This document shows, one piece after another, positions 37,049 through 47,337 of a stretch of DNA of 64,000 nt. The notes beneath the pieces are model-generated. The model was not told the DNA's origin and made no database searches. It saw only the letters and a list, made by a program, of their open reading frames with translations. How positions within the stretch are numbered: position 1 is the first letter of the stretch; each line of letters begins with the position of its first letter. A program made the position numbers and the translations under genes. Source of the DNA: Spirochaetota bacterium (GTDB lineage: Bacteria > Spirochaetota > UBA4802 > UBA5550). Location of the stretch: the NCBI GenBank assembly GCA_029564515.1, contig JAKQPV010000026.1, forward strand, positions 38,807-102,806, read 5' to 3'.

Positions 37049-37773
37049 TCTTCGGCCGCAACCCCGTGCTGGAATACCTGCGCGGCGCCGAACCGGGAGC
37101 GCCCTATCTGCTGTTCATCTCCGACAGCGCGCACGGAAAGATAATCGACACTATCACAGGCGAGGCGAAAGCAAAAAAGATACCGGTTCGCCGCGAGGAG
37201 AAGGACTTCTTCTCCCGGCTCGGTCCCTCGTCGCATCACCAGGGCGTCGCCCTGAAAGTGCCGCAGGCCGCGCGCGGGCACGTTCCCGGCATGGAGCACC
37301 TCCTCGAGAGGGCGCGGGAACGGAAGGGCGTGCTGGTCCTCCTGGATCATCTTACCGATCCCCAGAACATCGGCTCGATCATTCGCACTGCCGAAGCGCT
37401 CGGGTGCTCGGGGATCGTGATGCCGCGGGCGCACGCGGCCGGCATAACCCCGGCCGTGGTCAAGGCATCAGCCGGTGCCACCGCCCATATTGAGATCCTC
37501 ACCGTCAGCAACGTCGTCATGTTCATCGAGGCCGCGAAAGAGGCCGGCTTCTGGATCGTGGGCACATCGGACAGGGGAACCGAGCCGCCGTCGCGGCTAC
37601 GCGGCTACCGGCCCGCCGTCGTGGTGATCGGGAGCGAGGGAGAGGGAATGAGGCACCTCACCGGGGAATCCTGCGACCTGGTCGTGCGAATCCCCCTCCG
37701 GGGCAGCGTATCGTCGCTGAACGCGTCCGTTGCCGCCGGCATCGTTCTCCACGAGCTGCTGCGCGAGGATTAG
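37030..37773 (+). CDS. rlmB: 23S rRNA (G2251)-2'-O-methyltransferase
   Basis: GTG start at 37030; IFGRNPV, HQGV, DPQNIGSI.R, GSEGEG, SLNASVA; cysS-rlmB synteny. Confidence 0.92.
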   Translation: MEDKELIFGRNPVLEYLRGAEPGAPYLLFISDSAHGKIIDTITGEAKAKKIPVRREEKDFFSRLGPSSHHQGVALKVPQAARGHVPGMEHLLERARERKGVLVLLDHLTDPQNIGSIIRTAEALGCSGIVMPRAHAAGITPAVVKASAGATAHIEILTVSNVVMFIEAAKEAGFWIVGTSDRGTEPPSRLRGYRPAVVVIGSEGEGMRHLTGESCDLVVRIPLRGSVSSLNASVAAGIVLHELLRED

Positions 37774-37859
37774 CGCCCTGGCCGCCGTTTAAAAAAATAC
37801 TTGCCAATTATCGCACCCTGAAACTATCTACACACATACGACCCTGAACGAAGAGAGCC

Positions 37860-39656
37860 ATGGACCTTAACCATATCCGGAATTTCTCCATCATCGCGCA
37901 TATCGACCACGGAAAATCAACGCTGGCCGACCGCATCATCGAAAAGTGCCGGCTTGTAGACCCGCGCAACCACCGCGACCAGATGCTTGACACCATGGAC
38001 CTGGAGCGGGAGCGCGGCATCACCATCAAGTCGAACGCGATCACGCTGAGCTACACCGCGCGAGACGGGAAGGACTACGTCTTCAACCTGATCGACACAC
38101 CCGGGCACGTGGATTTCACCTACGAGGTCTCCCGCGCTCTCGCGGCCTGCGACGGCGTACTCCTGGTCGTTGACGCCTCGCAGGGGGTCGAGGCGCAGAC
38201 GATTGCCAACCTCTACCTGGCCCTGGACAACGACCTCGAGATACTCCCGGTGATCAATAAAATCGACATGCCTGCCGCGGACATCACGCGCACGAAGGAA
38301 GGGATAGAAAAAACCCTCGGGCTGGACGCCGACCTGGCGGTCCTGACCTCCGCGAAGGAGGGGACCGGGATAGACGACCTCATGGAAAAGATCATCGAAG
38401 TGATCCCTCCCCCGAAGGGAAACCCTGACGCGCCGCTGCGGGCCCTTATCTTCGACTCGTTCTTTGACAATTACCAGGGTGCGATCATGAAGGTACGGAT
38501 CTTCGACGGCACTGTGCAGAAGGGCGATACCATTGTGTTCTTCTCGACAGGCAATAAATACGAAGTCACCGAGGTGGGCGCATTCAAGCTCAATCTTGAA
38601 AAACGCGACAGGCTACAGCCGGGCGACGTGGGCTATATCGTGGCAGGGATCAAATCCGTGGTGGACACCAAGATTGGAGACACGGTGACCCGGGCCGATA
38701 AACCTACGCCCGAGCCACTGAAGGGTTTCCGCGATGCCAAGCCGATGGTATTCTCCGGGCTTTACCCCATGTACAGCGACGATTATGAGGACCTGAAAGA
38801 CGCACTATACAAGCTCCGGCTCAATGACGCATCGCTCATCTTCGAGCCGGATAATTCCTACGCGCTGGGCTTCGGGTTCCGTTGCGGCTACCTGGGCCTG
38901 CTCCACATGGAGATCGTGCAGGAGCGTCTCGAGCGGGAATTCAACCTGGCGCTCATCACGACGGCGCCGAGCGTCGTGTACCGGGTCCACATGATCAACG
39001 GGCCCATGCTGACCATCGACAACCCGGTGAAGATGCCTGACCCCTCGCTTATCGATCATATCGAGGAGCCATTCGTCAACGCCACCATCATCACGCCTAC
39101 CGAGTACATCGGGAACATCATGGCGCTGGTAACAGAATGCCGGGGCATCCACAAGGACATGCAGTACATCGACAAGGAGCGCGTCCAGCTCCACTACGAC
39201 CTGCCCCTCTCCGAAATCGTGTTCAATTTTTACGATAAGCTCAAGTCGATATCGCGGGGCTACGCTTCGTTCGATTACGAAATGAAGGACTTCAGGGAGT
39301 CCAAGATGGTGAAGGTTGACATTTTAGTCAACGCCGAGCCGGTTGACGCCCTCTCCTTCATCGTGCATCAGGACAAGGCGCGTTTGCGGGGAAAGGACAT
39401 CATCAGCAAGCTGAAAGACATCATCCCGCGCCAGCAGTTCAAGATCCCGCTCCAGGCTGCCATCGGCGCTGCAATTATCGCGCGTGAAAACATTTCCGCC
39501 GTGCGCAAGGACGTTACCGCGAAATGCTACGGTGGGGACATTACCCGGAAGCGCAAGCTCCTGGAAAAGCAAAAAGAAGGGAAGAAGCGCATGAAGCAGA
39601 TCGGCTCCGTCGAGGTGCCGCAGGAAGCCTTCATGACGATACTCAAGATAGACTAG
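37860..39656 (+). CDS. lepA: Translation elongation factor 4
   Basis: [51 protein letters not shown]. Confidence 0.98.
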   Translation: MDLNHIRNFSIIAHIDHGKSTLADRIIEKCRLVDPRNHRDQMLDTMDLERERGITIKSNAITLSYTARDGKDYVFNLIDTPGHVDFTYEVSRALAACDGVLLVVDASQGVEAQTIANLYLALDNDLEILPVINKIDMPAADITRTKEGIEKTLGLDADLAVLTSAKEGTGIDDLMEKIIEVIPPPKGNPDAPLRALIFDSFFDNYQGAIMKVRIFDGTVQKGDTIVFFSTGNKYEVTEVGAFKLNLEKRDRLQPGDVGYIVAGIKSVVDTKIGDTVTRADKPTPEPLKGFRDAKPMVFSGLYPMYSDDYEDLKDALYKLRLNDASLIFEPDNSYALGFGFRCGYLGLLHMEIVQERLEREFNLALITTAPSVVYRVHMINGPMLTIDNPVKMPDPSLIDHIEEPFVNATIITPTEYIGNIMALVTECRGIHKDMQYIDKERVQLHYDLPLSEIVFNFYDKLKSISRGYASFDYEMKDFRESKMVKVDILVNAEPVDALSFIVHQDKARLRGKDIISKLKDIIPRQQFKIPLQAAIGAAIIARENISAVRKDVTAKCYGGDITRKRKLLEKQKEGKKRMKQIGSVEVPQEAFMTILKID

Positions 39657-39711
39657 ATCCCATACCCCCTGCCCCGCCGACGGAAAAGGGGGACGGAGGG
39701 ATGGGGCGCAC

Positions 39712-40368
39712 ATGACACCTGACGAGCAAATCATCATCGACCGCGCTGCAACCTTCGCGAAGGAGCGCATGGCCCGGCTCCATTCCAGCCATGGATGGGA
39801 CCACGTGGAGCGTGTCGTCGCCATGGCGGAGCATATCGCCTCTACGGAAAAGGACGCAGACCCTTTTATCGTGATGGCCGCCGCCATACTTCACGACATC
39901 GCGCGTATCGACGAAGTGGAGAGCGCCGGGAGCCTGTGCCATGCCGAGCTCGGGAGCAGGATGGCGCACGACTTCCTTGCCGTGAACGGCCTGGACGCTG
40001 TCCGGGCCGACATTATCCGCCGCTGCATCCTGTCGCACCGTTACCGCAATGACCACGAGCCTGACACAATCGAGGCGAAGATTCTTTACGACGCGGACAA
40101 GCTGGATTCGACCGGCGCCATCGGTGTCGGCCGCGCCTTCCTCTTTTCCGGCGAGGTGGGAGCCCGCCTCCACGACCCGGACATCGACGTGGACCTCACC
40201 CGGGCCTACAGCAAGGAAGACACGGCCTACCGCGAATACCTGGTGAAAATGCGCTATATCCACGAAAAAATGCTTACTGCCGAAGGCAGGCGCATTGCCT
40301 CCGAACGCCATCGCTTCATGACCGACTTCTTTACACGTCTCCAGGACGAGGCACGAGGGGTACGATAA
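39712..40368 (+). CDS. HD-domain phosphohydrolase (YedJ/YpgQ-like)
   Basis: HGWDHVERV, AAILHDI, HAELG, DADKLD..GAIG. Confidence 0.9.
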   Translation: MTPDEQIIIDRAATFAKERMARLHSSHGWDHVERVVAMAEHIASTEKDADPFIVMAAAILHDIARIDEVESAGSLCHAELGSRMAHDFLAVNGLDAVRADIIRRCILSHRYRNDHEPDTIEAKILYDADKLDSTGAIGVGRAFLFSGEVGARLHDPDIDVDLTRAYSKEDTAYREYLVKMRYIHEKMLTAEGRRIASERHRFMTDFFTRLQDEARGVR

Positions 40369-40372
40369 TGCG

Positions 40373-40463
40373 GTTAATTGTTGATAGTGTATGGTGAATA
40401 GTTTTTAAAAAACCGCTTGGCGCGGTTTTTTTCATTGTGAACGATAAACTATGCGTTATTCAT
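40373..40463. repeat. Terminator hairpin flanked by heptamer repeats
   Basis: GTTAATT GTTGATA GTGTATG GTGAATA, then AAAAAACCGC-TTGGC-GCGGTTTTTT, then degenerate heptamers. Confidence 0.65.
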
Positions 40464-40541
40464 TAATCCCAAAAAACCGATATTAAGAACAGGATGGCAT
40501 GATGCGTCCGAACCGTTGACAGCAATCCGGGGAGGATCGTT

Positions 40542-40676
40542 ATGAAAAAACTTATTCTGATGTTCGTTCTTTGTGGCGGGGGTATTGCAGTCGCACTATC
40601 ATTTTTACTGATGACGATAATGCGGAAGATTGCCCTCTTCCAACTGAACCACACGAAAGCCATTAGCAATGTATAG
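40542..40676 (+). CDS. 44-aa small membrane peptide (not in the ORF track)
   Basis: GGAGG RBS 6 nt before ATG; MKKLILMFVLCGGGIAVALSFLLMTIMRKIALFQLNHTKAISNV*. Confidence 0.5.
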   Translation: MKKLILMFVLCGGGIAVALSFLLMTIMRKIALFQLNHTKAISNV

Positions 40677-40750
40677 TGAATAAAAAAATTCCGCTCGCAG
40701 GGCGGATTTTTTCATTAACTGTTCACTTTTTCACTATACACTGTTAACTG
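40671..40750. terminator. Bidirectional terminator with heptamer arms
   Basis: GTATAGTGAATA-AAAAAATTCCGC-TCGCAGG-GCGGATTTTTT-CATTAAC TGTTCAC TTTTTCAC TATACAC TGTTAAC. Confidence 0.7.
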
Positions 40751-40754
40751 TATT

Positions 40755-43313
40755 TCAAGCCCATGTTACCGAGAGGTCCGGATCGAACTTCCGCACCATG
40801 CAGGGATGACGCGGGATAACCCGTACGGTGAAGCCGAACTGTCCGGACTGGAGGCAGAGCATCTGCCCCTCGAACGCTGCCGTCCCGTTTGCTCCGGTGC
40901 CTGCCGTCCGCATCGGCATGGCGACGCCCTCCACGATCTCCCCATTTTTATCGAGGTTCCCGAAATAGAGCTCTACCTGGACATGCTCCGGCGATATGCC
41001 GCCAAGGTCTACCTCAGCCCTCACCGTGATCCTTGAGCCCACCTTTATCTCTTTTTCCTGGTCTATATCGACTGATTGAATCGAGAGGTTTGCCCATGAG
41101 TCCGAGATTTTTGATTTCCACCCTGCGTATTCCCGCGCCGCCTTGTAGTTTTCACCGCAGAAATCGACGCAATGGCAGTGTGCCGTGCGGTAAAATTTCT
41201 CCGTATAGTCTTTCACCATCCTGTTGGTATTGTATATCGAGGTGATGCTCTTCATCGACTCTTTCATCCGGCCCAGCCATTCGTGCGGCAGGCCGTCCAG
41301 CCCCCTGTTATAAAAGGCGGGCTTTACTTCCTTCTCGAGAATATTGTAAAGGAACAGGCTCTCGACCTCGTCCTGGTAGGCAAGGTCGCCGTATTCCTCG
41401 CCCTTGCCGATGGCCCAGCCGTTGTCGCTGTTGTAGGCTTCGTCCCACCACCCGTCGAGGACGCTGATGTTGATGCCGCCGTTGGGGACAACCTTCATGC
41501 CGCTCGTACCGGACGCTTCCTTTGGACGGATCGGCGTATTGAGCCAGACGTCAACGCCCTGGACCAGATACCGCGCAATGTTCATGCTGTAGTCCTCTAT
41601 GAACACCACGCTGCGGCGAAAACGCTCGCCGCCGGACAGGTGAATGATCTGCCGTATGAGCTCTTTCCCCATGTTATCGCGCGGGTGCGCCTTTCCGGCG
41701 AACACGATCTGCATGGGGCGCTCCCTGTCGTGCAGGAGCTGGGAGAGCTTCTCGATGTTCCTCAAAATGAGTGTTCCCCGCTTGTAGGTCGCGAACCGCC
41801 GGGCGAAACCGATCGTGAGTACGTCGGGGTCGAACACGGAGTTGGCGATCTCCGCCTCCTTGGGGGACACGCCCCGCGCCAGGAGCTGCTCCTTGAGCTT
41901 GCGCCGGACAAATGAAACAAGCCGCTCCCTGAGGCGCTCGCGGCACCGCCACAGCTCCGAATCCGGAATGTTGTCCACGTTCTGCCAGATGCTGTTGTCC
42001 GCCGGGTTGTCGATCCACCGGGGGCCCAGGTAACGGTTTAAAAGCCGCATCATCTCGTCGGACGTCCAGGAAAGCGTCTGGACACCGTTGGTTATATGAT
42101 CGATGGGCACCTCGTGGACCGGGAGCTGAGGCCATATGCGCTTCCACATGTTCCGGGAAACGCTGCCGTGCAGCTTCGATACGCCGTTGCATCCGGCCGC
42201 CGTCTTGAGTGCGAGCACAGTCATGCAAAATAGTTCCTTTTTATCATGCGGGTCTTCACGCCCCAGCGAGAGAAACTGTTCCGGGGTGAGGCCCATTGAC
42301 TTCAAATAGTCGCCGAAGTAGGCTTCTATCATCTTGGGCTCGAACCGGTCATTTCCCGCCGGAACCGGCGTATGCGTCGTGAATACGTTGCTCGCGGTGA
42401 CGAACGCGAGGGCTTCCGGGTAGGAGAGCTTGCGCTCGACCATGGCCTCCCTGATCCGCTCAATAGCCAGGAACGCAGCGTGCCCCTCGTTCATGTGGTA
42501 CACGGTAATAGTGCGCTGCAGGGCCTTCAGCGCCCGTATCCCGCCGATTCCCAGGACCATCTCCTGCCTGATACGCATGTCGGTGTCTCCGCCATACAGC
42601 TCGTCCGTGATCGCCCGGTCCTCGATGCCGTTTTTGTCGATGTTCGTGTCCAGGAGGTAAACCGTGATCTTGCCCACCATGATCTCCCATATCTGCGCGT
42701 ACACGATGCGACCGGGCATCTCGATATGAACCAGGACCGGCGTACCGCCCTCGCCCGTTACGAGACGGGCCGGCATATTATAAAAATCAACCTCGGGAAA
42801 GCTCTCCTGCTGCCACCCGTCCAGGTTCAGGTACTGGTGGAAATAACCGAGCCGGTAACACAGGCCGACGCCGACGAGGGGCAGTCCGAGCTCGCTCGCC
42901 GACTTCAGATGATCACCCGCCAGCATTCCCAGGCCGCCGGAATACATCGGGAGGCTTTCATGTATGCCGAACTCCGCCGAGAAGTAAGCAATGCCCGCGT
43001 TATCAAAGCCCTTCCGGTTCTCGTCATACCATGTCTTTCGGGTGAGGTGCCAATCAAGCTCCTTCTCGACCTTCTCCATGTGTGCAAGAAAGCTTTCGGA
43101 AGCAGCGGCCTCATCAAGGAGCTTCTGGGATATGGAGCCGAGCATCTTGATCGGGTTATGGCTGACCTCGCGCCACAGCTCAACATCGAGCCGGCGGAAC
43201 AGCTCAATCGCCTCGAAGTTCCAGACCCACCACATGTTCGAAGCTATCTTTAACAGGGGCTTGATCCTGTCGGGCAGGTTCGGTACGACTTTGAATTTTT
43301 TTACTAGTGCCAT
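40755..43313 (-). CDS. glgP: Alpha-glucan (glycogen) phosphorylase
   Basis: AYFSAEFG, YSGGLG.LAGDH, HMNEGH, ARRFATYKR, EASGTSGMK, LDGWW.E. Confidence 0.95.
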   Translation of the reverse strand: MALVKKFKVVPNLPDRIKPLLKIASNMWWVWNFEAIELFRRLDVELWREVSHNPIKMLGSISQKLLDEAAASESFLAHMEKVEKELDWHLTRKTWYDENRKGFDNAGIAYFSAEFGIHESLPMYSGGLGMLAGDHLKSASELGLPLVGVGLCYRLGYFHQYLNLDGWQQESFPEVDFYNMPARLVTGEGGTPVLVHIEMPGRIVYAQIWEIMVGKITVYLLDTNIDKNGIEDRAITDELYGGDTDMRIRQEMVLGIGGIRALKALQRTITVYHMNEGHAAFLAIERIREAMVERKLSYPEALAFVTASNVFTTHTPVPAGNDRFEPKMIEAYFGDYLKSMGLTPEQFLSLGREDPHDKKELFCMTVLALKTAAGCNGVSKLHGSVSRNMWKRIWPQLPVHEVPIDHITNGVQTLSWTSDEMMRLLNRYLGPRWIDNPADNSIWQNVDNIPDSELWRCRERLRERLVSFVRRKLKEQLLARGVSPKEAEIANSVFDPDVLTIGFARRFATYKRGTLILRNIEKLSQLLHDRERPMQIVFAGKAHPRDNMGKELIRQIIHLSGGERFRRSVVFIEDYSMNIARYLVQGVDVWLNTPIRPKEASGTSGMKVVPNGGINISVLDGWWDEAYNSDNGWAIGKGEEYGDLAYQDEVESLFLYNILEKEVKPAFYNRGLDGLPHEWLGRMKESMKSITSIYNTNRMVKDYTEKFYRTAHCHCVDFCGENYKAAREYAGWKSKISDSWANLSIQSVDIDQEKEIKVGSRITVRAEVDLGGISPEHVQVELYFGNLDKNGEIVEGVAMPMRTAGTGANGTAAFEGQMLCLQSGQFGFTVRVIPRHPCMVRKFDPDLSVTWA

Positions 43314-43386
43314 TTTTACCTCTGGATTATTTCATTGCATGGTATGCGTGCCGCCGTACCGCCACATCGGCCGGGACCGACGGCGG

Positions 43387-44835
43387 TTACTGCGCCACGG
43401 GCAGGTACAGTATGAATGTCGAGCCCCTTCCGGGAGCAGACCTGACGTCAATATATCCGTGATGGCGCTTGATGATGGCGTAGCTTGTGGCGAGTCCCAT
43501 GCCGCTTGCCATCTCCTTCGTCGTGTAGTAGGGATCGAATATGTTGTTGATCTCCTCCGGCGGTATGCCCATCCCCTTATCGCTGATCGAGATCCGCACG
43601 AATTTTCCCGGCTGGAGGGATAGCTCGTGGCGCGACTCTTCCTGTTCTACAACGATATTTTCAACGGCGATGGAGATATGCCCGGGCGGGGACATCGCCT
43701 CGACCGCGTTGTTCAGTATATACGTGATGACCTGCCCGATCTGGAACTCGTCGATGTCCACCTTCCACAGGTCCTTGTGGATGAGGACCTCGTACGTCCC
43801 CGCGTAACCGGCAAGCACCGTGCTGGCAATCGACCTGACAGTGTCCGTGCAATCGACCACGCTGCGCTCCGGCTTGCCGCCGCGCGCGAAGGTTGAGAGC
43901 CTCCTGGTCAGGTCCACAGCTTTCATCGACGCCATCTCCGCGTCGTTCAGGTACTCCATCATGCTGGCATTGGCCGGGTCCGCTTCCATTTTGGCAAGGG
44001 AAATATTTCCCAGTACGGCAGTGAGCGCGTTATTGTAATCGTGAGCGATGCCTCCGGCCATTATGCCGATCGCCTCGAGCTTGCGGGCCCGGAGGAGCTC
44101 CTTCTCGATCCTGTTCTTGTCAGAAAGGTCGCGTAAAATTCCGCGGAACCCTCGTATGGCCCCTGTTTCATCCCTGATCGGCGAGATGGAGCCTTCTATG
44201 CTTTTCCTGGTACCGCTCTTGGTTATGCCCTTGAAATTAATCAGCCGCGCCGGCGTGCCGGTGACAAATACCTCATGGTAAAGAGCGTAAATCTGTTTCA
44301 CGTCTTCCGGGGAGTAAAAGGATACATAGTTTTTGCCGACGAGTTCGTCGCCCTCGTATCCGGTAATGCGGTGCATCGCGCCGTTGGAAACGGTAAACGT
44401 GCCATTCAGGTCACACTCGTAATAACCGTCCTCGAGGCTTTCCACGATTGCGCGCCATTCGCCCGCGCCCGATCCGTCGCGGTAACGTGTAACATCATGC
44501 AGGACAAAAACAATGACCGGATCGGCTCCGGCACCCTTAAGCGTCGCGGCACTGCACGAGAATACCCGCTGTTCTCCCGATCCCGCCTGTACGGCAAGCT
44601 CCCTGAAGGCGTTTTTTCCTTCCCGTACGGCCGCAGACAGCATCCCCTCGAGCTCAGGCGAAATATCCGATATTTTTTTCAAACCGGCGCCGCCCTCACC
44701 ACCGCGGCCGAGCAATCCGGGCAGAGATGCGCTCATGTACGTAATGACCCCGTCAAGACCGCATGCGCAGAATGCGATGCCGGAAAGTTCCGCAATCCCC
44801 TCGATGAAGGGTGCGATATCCTTCCATTCGGTCAT
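43387..44835 (-). CDS. Cytoplasmic PAS-domain sensor histidine kinase
   Basis: PAS/PAC; AGGIAHDYNN H-box; NAVEAM; D.GMGI; FDPYYTTK; GMGLA; no receiver domain. Confidence 0.92.
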   Translation of the reverse strand: MTEWKDIAPFIEGIAELSGIAFCACGLDGVITYMSASLPGLLGRGGEGGAGLKKISDISPELEGMLSAAVREGKNAFRELAVQAGSGEQRVFSCSAATLKGAGADPVIVFVLHDVTRYRDGSGAGEWRAIVESLEDGYYECDLNGTFTVSNGAMHRITGYEGDELVGKNYVSFYSPEDVKQIYALYHEVFVTGTPARLINFKGITKSGTRKSIEGSISPIRDETGAIRGFRGILRDLSDKNRIEKELLRARKLEAIGIMAGGIAHDYNNALTAVLGNISLAKMEADPANASMMEYLNDAEMASMKAVDLTRRLSTFARGGKPERSVVDCTDTVRSIASTVLAGYAGTYEVLIHKDLWKVDIDEFQIGQVITYILNNAVEAMSPPGHISIAVENIVVEQEESRHELSLQPGKFVRISISDKGMGIPPEEINNIFDPYYTTKEMASGMGLATSYAIIKRHHGYIDVRSAPGRGSTFILYLPVAQ

Positions 44836-44848
44836 AGTCCCCTCCCCC

Positions 44849-46381
44849 CTAGCCTAATACTTCCAGGCCTATGATGACCATATCGTCCTCGATCCGTATT
44901 CCCTCGCTGAAACGCGATACCTCGTCAAGTATATAATCGAGGGATCCTCCCAGGTCCAGGCCGCCGGAACGCCCGATGATAGACTCAAGTCCCTCCGGGC
45001 CGACCATGGTTTGTTTGCCGTCACGCGCCTCGATGATTCCATCGGTATAAAGGAATATCCTGTCCCCCGGCTTCATAGCCACCTCTACTTGCTGGAACAC
45101 GGCATCGGGAGACAGACCGACAGGCATGCCTCCCGAAGACAATATCCTGACCGATCCGGTGGAGCGCTCGTGCAGGACCGGAGGAGTGTGCCCGCCCTTG
45201 GCAAAACGGAAGACGGTTCCTTCACCCGAAAAATCAAAATATCCATACAACGCGGTAAGGAACAAAATGACTCTCCAGCCAGCAAGGTCGCCGTTAAGGT
45301 CCTTGATGTAATGCGACGGGCTGTCACCCCTGGTAAAATTCAGCCTTTCGGTAAATGACCGGACCAGCGAGAGAAACAGCGCGGCTGATACCCCATGCCC
45401 GACAACATCGCCAATGAAAACACCGAAGCCGCGATCATGTAAAGTATTAAATGAAAAAAAATCGCCGCCGATCGCCTCCATCGGAACATAGCGAAAATCG
45501 ATTTTCAGGCGGTCGTTTTTCGGCGGGGCCGAAGGAAGGAGGCTCCCGACGACCGCCTGCGCATGAAGGAGGTCTCTCTCCATCTGGCTGTTCTTGCTTC
45601 TGAGCGTCTCTTCGCTGATACGGAGCGCCTCTTCGGCCTTTTTACGCTCCGTGATGTCCTCCTTGATTGCGATATAGTGTGTTATCTCGCCTTTCGCGTT
45701 CATAATGGGTGATATCGATGCGGACTCCCAGTAGGATTCACCGTTCTTTTTTATGTTATGGAACTCTCCCCGCCAATCCCTGCCAGAGCTTATTTCAACC
45801 CACATGTCCCGGTAAAATTCATCCGGTTGTTCACCCGACTTCAGTATCCTCGGGTTCTGGCCCCGCGCCTCGGCAAGCGTGTAACCGGTAAGACTGGTGA
45901 ATTTCGGGTTGACGTATTCGATAGTGCCCTTCCGATCGGTTATGACGACGGTGGAGGGGCTCTGTTCGACGGCAATCGTGAACATGCGGATTTTCTCCTC
46001 CGCTTCAGCCAGAGCGGCGTTGTTCCTGCCGATTATACCCACGGTATGAGCAGCGCCGGAATGCCCCCCGCGGTAGCGCACAGTCCGGTATCCCGGTTCC
46101 GGTCCGTCATTTTTCATGACCGCCACCTCGCAGCGGACCGGCCTGTCGTGACCGTCGCCCGAACAGCGCTCCGCCCGGCCCCGATCCTCCGGAGAAATAA
46201 TAGCGGAATAATGGCTGCCGAGCACTGCATCCGTGCCCAGGCCGGTAATTCGCTCGAAAGCAGGGCTGGCATAGATAAACCTGTCCTCGCTGTCGAGAAC
46301 GTACACACCCATATCAATCTCATCGAAGAGGGAAACGTAGAGCGCATCAACAGCGATGTTTTGGGACCGTGACGATGTCAT
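44849..46381 (-). CDS. PAS-PAS SpoIIE/RsbU-type PP2C phosphatase
   Basis: AVEQSPSTVVITD PAS; IGGDFF, IGDVVGHGV.AAL, LYTDGI.EA, EDDM. Confidence 0.92.
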   Translation of the reverse strand: MTSSRSQNIAVDALYVSLFDEIDMGVYVLDSEDRFIYASPAFERITGLGTDAVLGSHYSAIISPEDRGRAERCSGDGHDRPVRCEVAVMKNDGPEPGYRTVRYRGGHSGAAHTVGIIGRNNAALAEAEEKIRMFTIAVEQSPSTVVITDRKGTIEYVNPKFTSLTGYTLAEARGQNPRILKSGEQPDEFYRDMWVEISSGRDWRGEFHNIKKNGESYWESASISPIMNAKGEITHYIAIKEDITERKKAEEALRISEETLRSKNSQMERDLLHAQAVVGSLLPSAPPKNDRLKIDFRYVPMEAIGGDFFSFNTLHDRGFGVFIGDVVGHGVSAALFLSLVRSFTERLNFTRGDSPSHYIKDLNGDLAGWRVILFLTALYGYFDFSGEGTVFRFAKGGHTPPVLHERSTGSVRILSSGGMPVGLSPDAVFQQVEVAMKPGDRIFLYTDGIIEARDGKQTMVGPEGLESIIGRSGGLDLGGSLDYILDEVSRFSEGIRIEDDMVIIGLEVLG

Positions 46382-46456
46382 GGGATAAATATATAGAAAG
46401 AAACAATGATGACAATTAAATTTTTTCTTTATGCAATTAAAGATCGTGCAGAGGAA

Positions 46457-47251
46457 TCATCCGGCCACGGCCACCCGGAACCCGTAATAAGGACTTCGCG
46501 CCGTAGGGCATTTCCTTAGTCTGAACTCCCGGTTGCGCTGGACCGGTTCACTGAGGACCGAACCGCCTCTCAATACCTTGTATACCGTCCCGAAATCCCG
46601 GTGATCGCCTCCTCCGGGATATCGGTCGTACCAGTCCTCCGTCCATTCCCACAGGAGCCCGGGAGGAGATATTTCACCAGCCGATGCCCCGATCACCGCA
46701 TTAAGAAATTCTTCCTGGTCCGTTATTCCCGGTGCGCTCAAGGCAGACCTCCCGAATTCCGGAACACCTGCGATCCGCGCGAAGGCCTCCCATTCCGCTT
46801 CGCGCGGCAGCCGGGCCAGCAGGCCACGGGACGAAGAGAGCCATCGGCAGTAGGAGGCGGCGTCATTCCAGCTCACCTGCATCACCGGCACGCGTCCGTC
46901 AGAAGCATACAGTTCATCTCCGGGGCCGGCGAACGGCCTTCTCCAGCAGACGCCGTCTCTCTTCCGCCATTGTCCATCCACTGAAATCCAGCCCCATCCG
47001 CCTATTTCAGCTTCGGTCAGGTACCCGGTAGAAGCGGCGAACCGGTTGAATTCGGCGCGAGACACCAGCCGCTTCGATATCATCACGCGCCGAATCTCCT
47101 CGTTGTGAGCCGGGCATGACGCGTACAGGAATTCCTTCTTTACGGCATGAGATCCCGCGCCGTCCCAGTTCCGGTCGACGGCTTCACGCTCAAGCCCGAT
47201 CGTATAGCTCCCTTCCGGGATTATGACATATGATTGTTCGTTGTCAATCAT
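46457..47251 (-). CDS. SUMF1/EgtB/PvdO (FGE-sulfatase) domain protein, divergent
   Basis: PVMQVSWNDAASYCRW, RLPREAEWE, LWEWTEDWY, VLRGGS, GFRV. Confidence 0.85.
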   Translation of the reverse strand: MIDNEQSYVIIPEGSYTIGLEREAVDRNWDGAGSHAVKKEFLYASCPAHNEEIRRVMISKRLVSRAEFNRFAASTGYLTEAEIGGWGWISVDGQWRKRDGVCWRRPFAGPGDELYASDGRVPVMQVSWNDAASYCRWLSSSRGLLARLPREAEWEAFARIAGVPEFGRSALSAPGITDQEEFLNAVIGASAGEISPPGLLWEWTEDWYDRYPGGGDHRDFGTVYKVLRGGSVLSEPVQRNREFRLRKCPTARSPYYGFRVAVAG

Positions 47252-47337
47252 CGTTCAATCTCGACGAAGTTGAATAATTGAACCGTGCACGCATTGCAAC
47301 CGGCCGCAGGACCGGGCGACCCCGCAGCGTACTCACT

